Source of the DNA: Nemertoderma westbladi
Taxonomy: Eukaryota > Animalia > Xenacoelomorpha
Length of the DNA stretch: 64,000 nt
NCBI GenBank assembly: GCA_032718475.1
Contig: JAUCBJ010001928.1
Span: 7,266-71,265, forward strand
Direction of reading: 5' to 3'
Position 1 is the first letter of the stretch. Each line of letters opens with the position of its first letter. Below are positions 35,400-50,050 of the stretch, piece by piece. Both the position numbers and the translations under genes were made by a program. The notes below the pieces were generated by a model that was given only the letters and a program-made list of their open reading frames with translations, was not told the DNA's origin and did not search any database.

Positions 35400-38300
35400 T
35401 CATCCCTGACCATCTACCTCCATTTCATACCCTTTTATAAGATTGTAAGTGATTATTCTGAATAACATTATCCAAGCTTCTTCCACTGCAGTTGACCAAA
35501 CGCTTGACAAACTTGGTTTGATTGTGTCGAAAAACTGCCTTCCAAATACCTGCATAGGAACCATACGTTTACTGAATTAATAATACTAGATATATATATT
35601 ATTTCATTTTTGATTATTTTTCTCAATATAGGGTACATAAACTATTCTTAGTTATATGTATATGCAGGTATACATATTAATGGTTAACTTGCAGTGTTCA
35701 AAGGACTTACTTGTATTGTAAGTTCTATTATAATAATTCACGAAATGAATCGGAGTTGAGCTGTTAATGCAAATGCAATTAATTATATTATAATATATAT
35801 AATTTTGTACAAAAACAGAGAAAATGAGGAAGCATGTCGCCGGTCATTGAACCATTGGTTTGTACGTTTCGGTCAATCATGCCTCGTTATGGGATATGCA
35901 ACTTAAGACTGCTTGTTCAGTAGAAGTGGATTAAATAGGAAAGCACCGATATTCAGGGGAGAGTCGCTGAACTGGTTTGCGCTACTGGCGAGGAATGACT
36001 CACATATAGCGCTGGTTCAACCACCCAGTGGCAGGCTTCCTCATTTCTGAAAAAAAATTATATTATAATATAATAATTCATAGCTGTTTGCGATCTCAAG
36101 TTTTAAGACTATACACTAATATTATGAATTTCAAATTTTATAAAGAAATATTTTTCCTCCTTCCCTGCCCTAAATAACCATGGAGATTACACATTGTTTC
36201 ATAAACATTGTATTGGCCAATACAATGCTGTAATGTCCTAGTTGAGTAATGTTACAATTTTGGAATAAAATATTAAACCTCCACTAATATTGTAAGTATC
36301 ATCTTCTTAAGGAAGCTGTACGGCTCGCATCCAATAAGTATTCAAATTAGGTTGGGTGGATTGTGCCCCCCCCCCCCCCCCCCCCCACCACTCCATCCTT
36401 AAATAAAGTGTGACATACCTACCCCTTTCGAAATTTCTGAATCCGCCACTGATGTGTAGTGATGTACCTCAGTCATTTGCGGTTACGTCAACCAGAAATT
36501 CCCACATTTCGCACATTTGGGGAAATGATAAACAAATATAAAATTCCTTTTAACCATGGGTTTAAGAATATGATTCTTATAAACTCCATACCAATAGCAT
36601 ACCGCACTCGCCTGAAGTTAGAGTACAAGGGCCCAAAGTTACTAAATGCCTATGTGACAATTTCCTCTGAAACTCCAGCTAGACGAGCTTATCAACTTTT
36701 CATTTAAAAAAAGTCCAAATTGATGTTTGAGCCGTTGACAAATGGTCTGGAAAATTTTCAATAAATATTTCAATAGAAAATTGTAATCATTGGTGGAAAA
36801 TTGCGAAAAATAGCTCCCATGATATTCGATTATGGAACTTTCCATATCATTTGTTACATCGAAGAATCCCGACAGACAGTTTTCTAGCTAGGATTAACAC
36901 TTCATTCCGGGTTATGTTCTTTCTGTAGAACTTCAGAGGAAACATACACACATCTGTTTTGGGATTGCATGCATACACAAAACATACAAAAATTTTATAA
37001 CAAGTCTGCGATCATGGGGCTGCGGGAAACCACAGTTTTTCAGAAAAATCATAGGAAAAATCCTAGGTTTTAGTGGCAAGGTTCCAAAGCTGGTAAATGT
37101 AATTTTATTGATATCTAAATACTATATTTATTGTGAAAAATTTAGAGAAATGCTAAATCGTCTTCCTTCTGGTGTAAACTAATTCATCGTTATGCTGGAG
37201 TCACACTGTGACATCTTTATTAAGACGTGGGGGGCGGCTATATATGATTTTATGCATCGAGTCTAGCTAGCTCCTTTGGGTCATTTTTACTCGATTGACT
37301 AAATAGTCTGTTTTCCTTGGTGGTAACAGCTTATATCAACGGCGCTATTTATATCTATAATATCATTGTTCTTTTTTGTCGGTTATTTTATACTAAATAT
37401 ATTAATGATGTATGTTAGACCCTAGATATGTGGTAGGTCAGCTTTTCAGTTTTATTCTTAAATAAGGTAAGTTAACAGTGTTGAGTGATTATATATGTAG
37501 TATATCATTATAGTAGAGTAGAAATTAGCTACAGTAAGTAAAGAGACTCTCTCGGGGTGAAAGAATTTGTTATTTTAAATAACAAGTAGGTTTAAAATAG
37601 ACCATATAATGTTATATGTTTTTTTGTGTTAGATTGTGCATTTTAGCAAATGTGCAAATTTTGACGAAATCCGTATTTAGTGGAGGAAGTTAATAAAATT
37701 AAAAATAAAAAATAATGACCCTCTCACTAAAAATGTTGCAAACAAAATCAATCCTGAGTTCATTTCAATTCACGACATTTCAGAATAATTATAATACCTG
37801 AGCATGTTATCAAAGTATTTTGAAAAAATGAAATAGAAAATTAATAAAAATTTAAGAATAGTATTAAAAGTAAATAATGATTAATTAGAAGAAACCCTCT
37901 TTATTATTATTATTATTATATAGTTGTAATTTATCCTAATCTGTACTCCAATTCGCATTTCAGTCTACACTCACATCCCACGAGGTACTTAATTATATTG
38001 TATCTTTTAATTTTATGAGTGACGACATCACATGGAGTTTCAAAGCGGTGTATTCCTAAATCTTGCATGGTCTCAGCACTGAGTTCCTTTTGAACTGCTG
38101 GTCTTAGATTATTCTTTGCTCCCGGTTGAATTCCATTGTTTGTGTTGCTCCCGGTTGAATTCCATTGTTGGTGCTGAGACTATGAAATTTTGAAATTTTC
38201 ATTCCGAACTGCAGTAGTCAGAGGCATAGAATATGATACCACTATTACCAATAAGTCACTGCATATGCATAACCTACTGGTAATTCCAAAACAATGTGTT

Positions 38301-38773
38301 AGATTCACTGGTAAGGTAGAATGGTAAGATGTATGACAACTCAGAACAATATCCTATATGTGGTGGACCTTGGGCACCAACAGAATATTCATACCAATGG
38401 GTTATATTTCTCCATATGGGCACCAACAGAATATTCTTGCCAGTTGGTTATATCTCTATAAGTGCAGAAAGATCCAATTTCCAAAGTATTTATATGATTT
38501 TAATTTAACTTAAATTTTAAATTTGAATTTATTTTTACTTGAAATGAGTCACCAACCTCTATTAAGTATGGGTTTGCCTTGTACTTTACATGTTTCTTGC
38601 CAATTTCGACAATGGATATACATGTCGGTCCATCATCCTCCAGTCTGGCAATGACTCTGGTTAAAAACCCCATAATCCTCATACCATGTTGTTTCAGTTG
38701 CGTTTCTAATTCGGCAGGATTAGCACCAGCATGAATAAATATTTTTTTGCACTCTGGGTGGTCTTCCAACAAC
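35400..38773 (-). CDS. Globin X-like unit B: exons 38557-38773 and 35400-35549 (first exon not found)
   Basis: LLEDHPECKKIF (CD1 Phe), LKQHGMRIM (E7 His), IGKKHVKY (F8 His) spliced to VFGRQF...VEEAWIMLF...*. Canonical AG/GT sites with intron phases matching B12.2 and G7.0. Confidence 0.85.
36460..37715 (+). mobile_element. Degraded L1/Tx1-like LINE 3' end in globin B intron
   Basis: LCSFCRTSEETYTHLFWDC (zf-RVT-like) near 36912-36968; A-rich tail near 37692-37715. Confidence 0.65.
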
Positions 38774-38834
38774 CTGTGGGTTTTATAAAGACTATTATTA
38801 GCTGGAATGTGTATGGAGAACTATATATGGTAGG

Positions 38835-39905
38835 CTTATATATATTTGTAAGCATAAATAAAATAATAAATAAATAAAATATTATTTTAAATAAACCTAG
38901 ATCGACCTCAGAAAAAAATTCATATATCACTTTATCACTAGCTTTCGATATAATATGTATATATTTTTCAAGTGTTGAGAACCAACTATTTATAAATCAA
39001 ATAAATTAAATTAAAAATTAAATTAATTAATTAAAATTAATTAAAAATTTAATTTAATTATTAAATTTATAAATAGTTGGTTTTCAACACTTGAAAAAGA
39101 TAAACATATTATATCGAAAGCTAGTGATAAAGTGATATAAGAATTTTTTTCTGAGGTCGATCTAGGTTTATTTATTATTTTATTTTTTTTATTTTATTAA
39201 ATAAAAATATACTATTTTTTATTTATTTAATTTATAAATAGTTGGTTTTCAACACTTGAAAAAGATATACATATTATATCGAAAAAGATATACATATTAT
39301 ATCGAAAGCTAGTGATAAAGTGACATATGAATTTTTTTCTGAGGTCGATCTAGGTTTATTTATTATTTTATTTTTTTTATTTTATTAAATAAAAATATAC
39401 TATTTTTTATTTATTTAATTTATAAATAGTTGGTTTTCAACACTTGAAAAAGATATACATATTATATCGAAAGCTAGTGATAAAGTGATATATGAATTTT
39501 TTTCTGAGGTCGATCTAGGTTTATTTATTATTTTATTTTTTTTATTTTATTAAATAAAAATATACTATTTTTTATTTATTTAATTTATAAATAGTTGGTT
39601 CTCAACACTTGAAAAATATAGACATATTATATCGAAAGCTAGTGATAAAGTGACATATGAATTTTTTTCTGAGGTCGATCTAGGTTTATTTATTATTTTA
39701 TTTTTTTTATTTTATTAAATAAAAATATACTATTTTTTATTTATTTAATTTATAAATAGTTGGTTTTCAACACTTGAAAAAGATATACATATTATATCGA
39801 AAGCTAGTGATAAAGTGATATATGAATTTTTTTCTGAGGTCGATCTAGGTTTATTTAAAATAATATTTTATTTATTTATTATTTTATGTGTACAAATATA
39901 TATAC
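38835..39905. repeat. Palindrome with one arm expanded to about five ~180-bp tandem copies
   Basis: CCTAGATCGACCTCAG...GTGTTGAGAACCAACTATTTATAAAT occurs once forward (38870-39000), then as reverse complement about 5 times (39065-39890). Confidence 0.9.
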
Positions 39906-41683
39906 ACTAAACCGGATCCCTTATCCCACGCCAGTTTCTTATATATTGAAGAAATATATATTCCTACAATAACTGATAGGCTTTTATATATATATATATA
40001 TATAGGACTTAACACCAATATGGAAGTACGATTGCACAATCCTGGTAATATGATTGTGGGAACCTTCTCCAGTTAGATAAATCGACTATTACAGCATTGT
40101 TATCCTGTCTTTCATACTATATGTTTAATCTTTAATCCAGGCAAATGGAGCACCCATGAAAACAAGTATATATATAATAGTCACCCAACAGAAAACGGCA
40201 CAAAATACCAAGAAACAGTTGATCAAGATTATTCTGGTAAATTTATTTCATTATTATGAAGGTTATTTGTACGTTTTATATCCAAAAATAATTAACGAAG
40301 GAAGGAGTCACTATGCATCACAAGGTTTGGCATGGCAACACATTTATAAAAGTCTACAGATATCCCAACATTAACTAAAGCAATATCAATGTTGTGTCAC
40401 AAATTCAACAATATGGCATAAAAGTTAAGTTTAAAGAATCACAAATGTAACAGTTATATTTTGTAGTTATAGCCAGCCATATATACATATTTATAAATGC
40501 CTTGAAGGTTTAGATAAATATGTAAACCAAGAAAGAGTACTTTGGGTGGCCCTGTAGTAATCAATAACTGGCATTGTACTATAGCCTGTTTTTATATGCC
40601 TATAAAGAAATAACTAAATTAAAACAAAAATAATGTCTACTGTCAACTTTAGATATTAGATTTTCCATTACATTATCCCCAAATAAACTAATATATAGAG
40701 AGAGAGATGTTAAACTAAGAGCTTTGGTCTCAAATGGTTATGAGTCTTTGAGGAAATATAATTAATGAATGTACCTTCACCAGGTTCAATAAGCGTTCAA
40801 TTTAAAATCAGGATCTTTCTAGTGTACTTTACATATCATTCACAGATAAATGAGCAAAAAAACACCAGAAGAAAACCACCACAAGTAATTATATATTATT
40901 AGGTTATTGTTACTAAAACGTTTGTTTGTAAGTTAATAATAATCCAATTATAGGGTTGTGACTATTATTTACCTATTATATTGTTTTTAATGAATTAGTT
41001 AAATCCCTATACTTGTCACGAAGCCATATATCGTGCAAAGAGGACAAAAGCAGCAAAAAAGGATAAAAAGATAGCAGGATTAAACACTATCAATATAACT
41101 ATAATAAAATAATAGGAAATATCTATCTGTTTACATATTTGATATACAAGCAGCAGCTAGTGGTGACATTCATGCGATGTTCGATACCTAGATGGGGCAG
41201 CACTGTTTGGGTGCAGTACTTTAAATGTTGCAGCCTAGCTAAACCCTGGCTTTCATCCTTGACTGGTTGATAAATGGGGGAACCAAGATAACTTCGGTTA
41301 ACAAGAGCAAAAGATTATCCCATTCATATTTGATATAAAAGAGAACAAAATATCAAATTACACCTCTTTCAGAGTGTTATCTTCAAAATCTTTCAAAACT
41401 GAAAAATTCACAAAATTACAAATAAGTTTATTATTATAAGCTTATATGATTTAATAGATTGTATTTATTCATAGAATGTTGTTTGTAATTTAAATAAATT
41501 CCACATATATTAATAAGTATTAAGTACACCCCATAAATCATATGTTTTATGCTATTCATATGGGATGAAATACATTGGGATGTATGACAAATACGCATTA
41601 CATACACTGACTAAATATACAATACCTATATTATATAATTATATAATATATATAATAATACATTGTGAATATAATTATTATCT

Positions 41684-42937
41684 CACGGTGGGGCTGAACC
41701 AACAACATTTTATAAAATAAAAATGCCACCCAAACTAACTGATTTCATTTTTTGGTATACTTCAACACCCTGATTCCGACCCTGATATTTTCAAAATATT
41801 TTGCTGGTATCTTTTTCTTAAAATTACAAAATAAATTAGTAATACTATTTATAATAATGCTATATATATTATAAAAAATGCCCAGACCAAATTATATCAT
41901 TTTATCGAGAATTTCAATCAACCTGATTTCGAAACTGTTAATTTTATATTTCGTTTAGAGTTTCTTTCTAGAGATTTTTAGATCTTTAGAGATTCTTTTA
42001 GAGTAATTAAATAAATTAAATATTAAATGATATTAATATTATATTAGCAAACTGGCTAATATATTCAATTGTAGTGAAGTCCACTTACCCTACTGCTATT
42101 GTATTGATATTAGTATCATTCGAACCGCAATGGTCGATTTAGTGGGGGGTAGACACCATCAAAACAATGGTCGAGTTATTGCTTCTCGAGATATCGGTCA
42201 AAATGTGAGCGCGATTCACATAAATGAGCACATAACTTCAGCAATTTAACATCAATATATCACCATATCACTAAAAATATCAATTTTTTTATACTAATAT
42301 TGTTTTGATGGAGTCTACAACTATTAATTCGACCATTGCGGTTCAAATAAGCATATTCCCTAAGTCTGTTATTTATGTCGAAGTCTGATTTTTAGTGATA
42401 TGGTGATATATTGCATTAACTTGCTTACCTTAGTGTAAGTTAAGTCAGGGCTCACATTTTGACCGATATCTCGAGAAGTAATAACTCTACCGTTGTTTTG
42501 ATAATGTCAACACCCACTAAATTGACCATTGCGGTTCGAATGATGCTAATATCAGTGCAATAGGAGTAAGAGAAGTTGATATTCACTACAATTTAATATT
42601 AGGCAGTTCTGCTATATAATATTAATATATTTAATATTATTTTAGAATATTATTACTCTAAAAGACACCGACGAAATAATATAAAATTAACAGATTCGGA
42701 ACCAGGCTGATTAAAAGTCTCGAAAAATGATATAATTTGGTCTGGGCATTTTTTATAATATATATAGCATTATTATAAATAGTATTACTAATTTATTTAG
42801 TAATTTTAAGAAAAAGGCAGCGGCAAAAGATTTTGAAAATATCATTTTTAGAATCAGGGCGTTGAAGTGCCCCAAGGAATGAAATCAGTTTGGCCGGGCA
42901 TTTTTCTTTTATAAAAAGTTGGTTCAGCCCCATCATG
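41684..42937. mobile_element. Long palindromic MITE, CAC-terminal (Chapaev/CMC-like)
   Basis: Left end CACGGTGGGGCTGAACC and right end GGTTCAGCCCCATCATG; ATCT flanks both sides (4-bp TSD); imperfect inverted symmetry across most of the length. Confidence 0.7.
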
Positions 42938-43058
42938 ATCTGAGCAAATTGATAACTCTGTAATTTGGCATAGATGATATCTGCCAATAATGTTTCTAAG
43001 ATTGTATATAATAATGGTTTAAATATATGTTTTAATTCTTTAACATTGATCATCATCC

Positions 43059-46000
43059 TTAACCATTTAGCTCAATCTTGTAGCCCTTTATTAGATTGAA
43101 AGTGATCACTCGGAACAATATTTTCCAAGCTTCTTCAACTGCAGGAGACCAAACTTGGGATAAACTTGGTTTGATGGAGTGAAGAAACTGCTTTCCAAAC
43201 ATCTGCGTCATAACAATAATATATAATACAATACTTAATTTAAATAATATTTTAGTAATAATATCAGACTTTAATTATTAATAAATGATAGTTGTAATAT
43301 ATATTTCAATAACAATAGTTATCATTGTCAAGTAATGCTATGTATGATCAGTAATTATCGATTGCAGTGATATAGGCAATTTATGACACCATGATATCAT
43401 ACTGGTTGCTAATTAAATAATGTATTACATATGGTCTGGAGTTGATATGGGTGGGGGTGGGGGTGATGGGGGGGGGGGGGGGGGGGGGTATATAATTGTA
43501 ATGATTTTGGTGGGGCAATTATGCATGATACGAGTTTCGGTGATAAATTAATATAGGTCTGATTATCTATGTTCAACTCCAGATGGTTTGCTATCTCCAT
43601 TCTTTAAGCCATTGATTATTTTTATGTCCATTCTTTTGACTTTTTTGTCAGTCTTTTTTTAGGAATTGTGCATAATGAATAACTTTTGAGGTCCGTAAAT
43701 GACTTTTTATGTATACATTTCTTCAAACTATCAGACTGCTGATTTCTGGACTGTCAGAGGCTCTTACAGTTTGCCGTGGCACCTTTAAACATTATAGATT
43801 ATATTTAAAAAAATTATATAAAAAAATATTCAAAGATAACATAGCCTACAATAAAAAATTAAAAAAAATTTACAAATAAGATAGTTTTTTTTATTTTTTG
43901 TTCTAGAACAAAAAAATATTTGTTTTAGAACAACATTTTTATAAAAAACATAATTAGAATTACGTACAATTACATTTTGTTAAGTTTTGTCATTCGTGTA
44001 GCTAATGTTTTAATTGTTTGTTACTAAACTGGGAACACTTCCTACAAGTGTTCTAAAAAAAACTAGCTATACAAAGATAGCCTAACATACAATAAAAAAT
44101 TTAAAAAATTTACAAATTAGTTAGTTTTTATTTTATTTTTTGTTCTAGAACAAAAAATATTTGCTCTTGAACAAAATTATTATAAAAAACAAAACTAAAA
44201 TTTATAGTTATGTTATTATGTTAAAATGAATGATTAAAAGAGTCATTATATTATATCAAAAAATTGCTATAATGGCACGCCAAAGTGTAAGTAAGAGTCC
44301 CCTGTCGGACTGTCAGACAGTTGATTTTGACATGCCTGTGCCAAAACATTCAAAATTTGTTGATTTCTGGACTATCGGACAGTTAATTTCACTCTGCATG
44401 TTCAATTTAAAATTTGTTGATTTCTTGACAGTTTACTTTACAATACTTGTGGCAAAACAGTCACAATTTGATGATTTATAGACTATGAGATAGATTTCCA
44501 TATGCGTTTATGGTAAAAAAAACTCTAAATTTAATAATTTCTGGATGTTGTCGATAATAGATGACTAGCAAAACAGTCACTTTATAGCCAAAAACAATTA
44601 CCAATTAATGGAAAGGAACAGATTAGAGAGGGCGGCTATTCGAACCAAAACAATAAAAGATCACCTTTCTAATGAGGGAAAGGATCAGGTAACATAGGCG
44701 GCCTTTTCTAACCAAAACAATAAGAGATAAGATCGGTAAAACAATAAGAGCGGTAACAGACTGGCATTTCTAAGCCAAAACAATAAACAATATTATTACA
44801 AATTAAGGGAAATGAGCAGGTTACAGAGGCGGGCTTTTCTAACCAAAACAATTAACGATTACTTTTACAAAATGAGTGAAAGGATCAGGTTTCAGAGGCA
44901 GGCTTTTTTAAACAAAACAATAAACGGTCACTTTACCAAATGAGGGAAAGTAGCAGGTTACGGAGGCGGGATTTTCTAACCAAAACAATAAATGATTACT
45001 TTTACCCATTAAGGGAGAGGAGCGGAGCTGGTTACAGAAAATGGCTTTTCTAACCAAAACATGACATTATAATATAATGTCTGTTTATTAATTATTTTAA
45101 TTTGCAGTAAAATGTACTGAAGTTGTCAACAGTTGTACGAAATTATAGTGTTTTTTCTCATGTTAATGTTAAACTCAGGTTTTCTCTACCAGTCTGCCAG
45201 TTGATAGTCTGACAGTCTGGATGTCATAATATTTATAGGTAAAAAAAGAACAATAAAATAGGTAAAAAAAAATGGTTTGAAAAAATAGGTAAAATGATGA
45301 TAAAAATAGGTAAAATGATTAAAAAGAATAGGTACCGAAAAATAACTCCCATAAAATAATAAGCTCACATCAGGCAAGTAAAAAATTTATGGGGCATACC
45401 ACAAATTGATTCTGTGATATTAAATCGCCCTTGTTGACTAAAAATAGTTGTCACAGTTTTTGTTACATCCACACTGTAGTCTATGATTGTGGTGGGGGTC
45501 AGAGACAACAGAGCCTTATATGGGATGTTAGATAGGGTGGAGTTCTGACGATGGAGGCTGTGTTGTCAATTATTGATGAGGTGATTAAGAGTGAATCGAG
45601 CAAGCCTAATTGGTGGTGAGGAACGAGTGAGGATAACATGTAATAATTAACTTCTTATTCAATTATAATTATTTTTTGTATGCCAGCCACACAAACTGCT
45701 CAAATATTTGTCGAAATTATATTGAATCTTATTTATTTTTTCGATGATTTGTATTATTATTAGATTTTGAGTAATGCATCAGGGGGATAACGCCTTTACC
45801 AATAGGCCTCATCTCAGATCATCAAGTTCTCACGCTGCAGGGCTGGCTGACTCTTTAGGCTTCGGGCCAGCTATACTTCAGTTATGCAGTTGAATGAAAA
45901 AGTCAATTTATAGTAGATTACAAATAGAGAATAAAAGTATTTGATATATTTACTACATATAAATATTGATAATCAAAGGAACATATGCAACTACTACTAC

Positions 46001-49000
46001 TTCATATATCACTGTATGTCAATTTTGTCAGCAGAGGGCAAAAATCATCGGAATAAACCTTCTGTAAAACCGACATAGCTACAGACACAAACACACTTTA
46101 ATGAAAGAGCATTAACAGTTTTGGATTTTCAAATTCACTCCCATTCAACCCATTCGACCCCTCATATTATTACTACCCATTTTCAATTCAAAGTGATTGG
46201 CATCACCAGTATTTCTTCACGGGCTTTGCTAATAACCAGTGCTACTATGAGGGTCTTGACATTTAATATTAAAGTTATATTATATTTGTTTTGTGGAAAA
46301 GTAATGCCAGTGGTATCAGTAATATCTAATTGATAAGAAAGCTTAAGACGGCTTAAGGATAGTGAGGACATTCATAACACAAGAGTTAGTCCTAGAAGAG
46401 GTAGCCAATAGCAACAAACAAAGCTTTAGTAATTGAAGACTCCACAACTAAGAGAACAAACAGGGGATAAGTGTCAAGTTGACGAATATACATCTTGCTT
46501 CAATATAAATTATACCATAAAATATATAATATATTATATAAAATAATAAAAACAAGAGTTATTCATGAGAGTAAGAAAAGTTGTCGAACTATTATTATAC
46601 CAAATTTCGTAGCATACAATAATAATAAGAGGTAATATAAATGAAAGGAAATCTGTGGAAACTTTGGAGCAGTCCATTAACTTCCACAAAGTGGATGTAA
46701 ACTAACCAACCATGCTGCCATATAACGACACAATTTCTCCATTGATGGTTTCCACCATAAAATATGTACTGACAAGTCTTTCCATGTAGCATCGGAATCA
46801 TTTCTCAGTCGACTCTTGGTGTGCTGCTACACTGTATCTGATCGACTACCCCTCCAACTGAAGCTCTCTTAGGTCATGGGCTGAGGATTGATACCCCACC
46901 CCTTCTAACCAACCCAGTTGCAAAGCAACACTATTCAAATCATCTTGATCTGGTTCATCTTATTCATTTTACTTAACTGTTTATTTTACAATGCTACTGA
47001 AACTCTGAGTCTTCACAGATATAACACTGTTGAACAGAGATGGACAGAGGCCGGGCTCGGTCTGGGCTCCTTAATTCTAATTTTTCTAAACATTACAGCA
47101 TAAAATAAAATTCTAACTTTTCGATAAATTTACTCCAAAATTGTAACATTACTCAATGCCGTTAGTATTAACAGCGAGTTGTTATTTAGCACTTTACAAC
47201 TTTAGAGGACATTACATACAGTATTGTATTGGCCTGTACAATTAGTATTGTATTGGTGTATTATTATTATGTAATGTCCCATTAGTGTGACTTTACAACA
47301 CGCCGTCAATGGTTACCGCATAAACAATAGTTTGTATTTATTATTAATTGCCTGACAGCCTGATAGGCCTACTGTATTACTTACCGGTAGGCGGTAGCTA
47401 TTAATGACCAGTAGCTATAAACTATTGACATGGCTCTAAACACCACCATAAATATAAGCTAAATTTTTTATAAACATAATTTATGTCATTTTTACATTTA
47501 TTTTATACAGCAACTAAATTAATTTCTGCAATTTTTCTATCACTTATAATATATATACAATCTTTCCATAATGTTACAATTTTGGAATAAAACTACATAC
47601 ATACTTGTTGCAAAGTACTTTACAGTGTTCTGATCCTCGTGGCTTTATTTTCACTCAATCACTATGTTCGTTCGTGTAATAAAGCACTCACATCATCACA
47701 CTGTAAAGTGCTACTTTACACACAAGTATGTAGATATTTATTACATACACTGATTCCAAATACTATATCGGTTTGTCATCATGAGCCACTGTTCTGGTTG
47801 TTGGTGCATTAGATAACTCGATATATACAATACACAAGTTGCATAGAGGTCCTTCCATAATATATTGTTTGTTGTTTAAAATGAAATAATTTGATTACGG
47901 TGTAAGTAACTGTAGTGTGATTACAGGTTTGATTTCAACAGCAGAAACTGATATAATAATAAGCTGCTGATGGCTTAGCTAACATTACAGGTACAGGAAT
48001 TCACTTTGTTGGTAGTATTGTTGTTTTGCATTACTATACACTATACAGTGCATATACTGTAGTAGGCCTACTTGATGTATTGGCATATTAGCAACCACAG
48101 CCGCAGTAGGTGGAGTCGTTTAGTTCTAGTACCTAATATTTAATAAAAGTGTGATGCTTTGGGTTTTAGTTGTGTAAGGTGGTAAGCATATGTAATAGAA
48201 ATGTAACTGATAACTGATAATAATTTTAATTTTCCTCATCTATAACAATTAAATTATTGCACTTGAAATATATTGACATGATATGACAAAGATAAATAAT
48301 TAAGAACTGTCTGTCGTAATTTTGAATAATTAAGTAATTTTGAATAATATATAATATTCTGAGGACTGTAATACACACCCCACATAAACGGATGAATGAC
48401 AGGCAGTTAGGACCGGTACCAGTATACAGTACAGCGGAGTACAATTTGAATACTGAAATTACGAAGTACGGTTACTGCTTGTACCGGTAGCAGTTGACCG
48501 CCGACCGGTGGGTTGTTATATAGTGCAGTTGATTTATTAATATTATACTTCATTACTTTGATAATAAATAATGCTTATTACATCTCCGAAATAGCAGCCG
48601 TGCTACAGCCGGGTTGGGGGGAGAAGGCCCTCATTACACTACACATATGTATGTATCTTGTACCTTATAGGCTCTAAGTAATATGTATGAGTCTGAGCAG
48701 AATATATAGCAAAGGTACAAATAAAAAGTTAAACAAAGACGCTAATAAATCATGAAACAACCCTAGGTACAGGAAAATTTAATAAAGATATGAAATTTAA
48801 TTTTGTGATAAAAAAAGTATAACAAAAGTTTTCATGTTTTTGTGTTTTGTTAACTGGATATATGGCCTCCCAAGTCCGGCCCGGCCCATGATGGGCTGGC
48901 CCGACCTGTGTCCATCTCTGGTTGGCCATTTGCTTCTAATTATAAGAGCTCTGCTGTTAACTGATATTTATCATGTCAGCAGTAATAAGTTCAACACAAT

Positions 49001-49566
49001 TTTCTCATGTTTCAGCTTATGTATACACAGATGTCCGTCCTTTAATCAACAAAAAAATTATGTCCATAACGCTAACTATTCCTGAATAGAAGGGTAATTC
49101 CCAATTTAACCCTGCTGGAGTGACCCCCTTAATTAAATAAGAGCCACTCTCATGGCTTAATTAGACTAAAACAAATATGAAGTTTATTTATATTCGATTA
49201 TTTCTTGATTATCATTGTTTTGTCTTGCAACCTACAACAAATATTGTGGAGTTACCTTAATCATGCTACAAACCTGTTATATCTTTTATACATCTCTACA
49301 TCATTATGCCACCCTGTTCCCAACCTTAATGTGTTGCTTTTTAACCAACCTCAATTAAGTATGGTTTTGCCTTGTACCCAACATGTTTTTTGCCAAGGTC
49401 CACTATGGTTTGTCGTGTTGGCCCATCATCCTCGAGCCTAGCAATAACTCTGGTTAATAATCCCATAATTCTCATACCATGTTGTTTCAATTCCTTCTCA
49501 GCATCGACAGCATCATCATCAGTATGCACAAATATCTCTTTGCACTCGGGGTGGTCTTCAAACAAC
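43059..49566 (-). CDS. Globin X-like unit A: exons 49350-49566 and 43059-43202 (first exon not found)
   Basis: LFEDHPECKEIF...LKQHGMRIMGLLTRVIARLE...LGKKHVGY spliced to MFGKQF...VEEAWKILF...NG*. The 217-bp middle exon is the same length as in unit B. Confidence 0.85.
43790..45060. repeat. Composite repeat: ~240-bp duplication, short AAATTTGTTGATTTCT repeats, ~62-bp tandem array
   Basis: AAAGATA.C.TA.C.TACAATAAAAAATT at about 43832 and 44072; AACCAAAACAATAA...GAGGGAAAG...GGTTACAGAGGCGG about 8 times at 44585-45060. Confidence 0.75.
47598..47732. mobile_element. Small palindromic MITE-like element
   Basis: TACATACTTG..ACTTTACAGTGT...GCTTTATT pairs with AATAAAGC...ACACTGTAAAGT..CAAGTATGTA. Confidence 0.6.
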
Positions 49567-50050
49567 CTGTGGGTTTTATACGAATATAAGCTGAAACTAT
49601 ATTATGGAATTAATATATTGCTAAATCACTTGTGGAGCAATCTAGGACAGTTGCTCAAAAAGAAAATGGTTTTAGCTTAATTTCAGAGATTTTTTAAGGG
49701 GTAATTGGCTGGTGTTGTGGTGTTAACTTTCATACTCACTGACCTGACCCTATTACCCAAAAACAGGATAATATTTATATCTGCACTTTCAATATTATAA
49801 CAAACCGGCCAATAGTATATATGGGGGTAGGCATATTTTCATTCAAGGCTCACCGTTAGAATTAAAGATGGACAACATGTTTGTTTATTTCAGCAGTTGC
49901 CTTGGTTATGTACATATGCAGTGAAACAAACCCACAGTATGTATATGTATAATCCCTGCAATATACAGTAGGCCTATTCAAAACAGTAGGTTAAACACAC
50001 TGCGACAATGGTAATCTAAACAGTTGTTTAGAAGGCTGTTAGTTACCGCG

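Noticed and set aside
38835-39905. CRISPR-like array
   Set aside because: Whole units repeat with no unique spacers, no cas genes are present, and the context is eukaryotic.
40125-40157. MGAPFAWIKD as a possible globin N-terminus
   Set aside because: Stops after 10 codons with no suitable splice donor.
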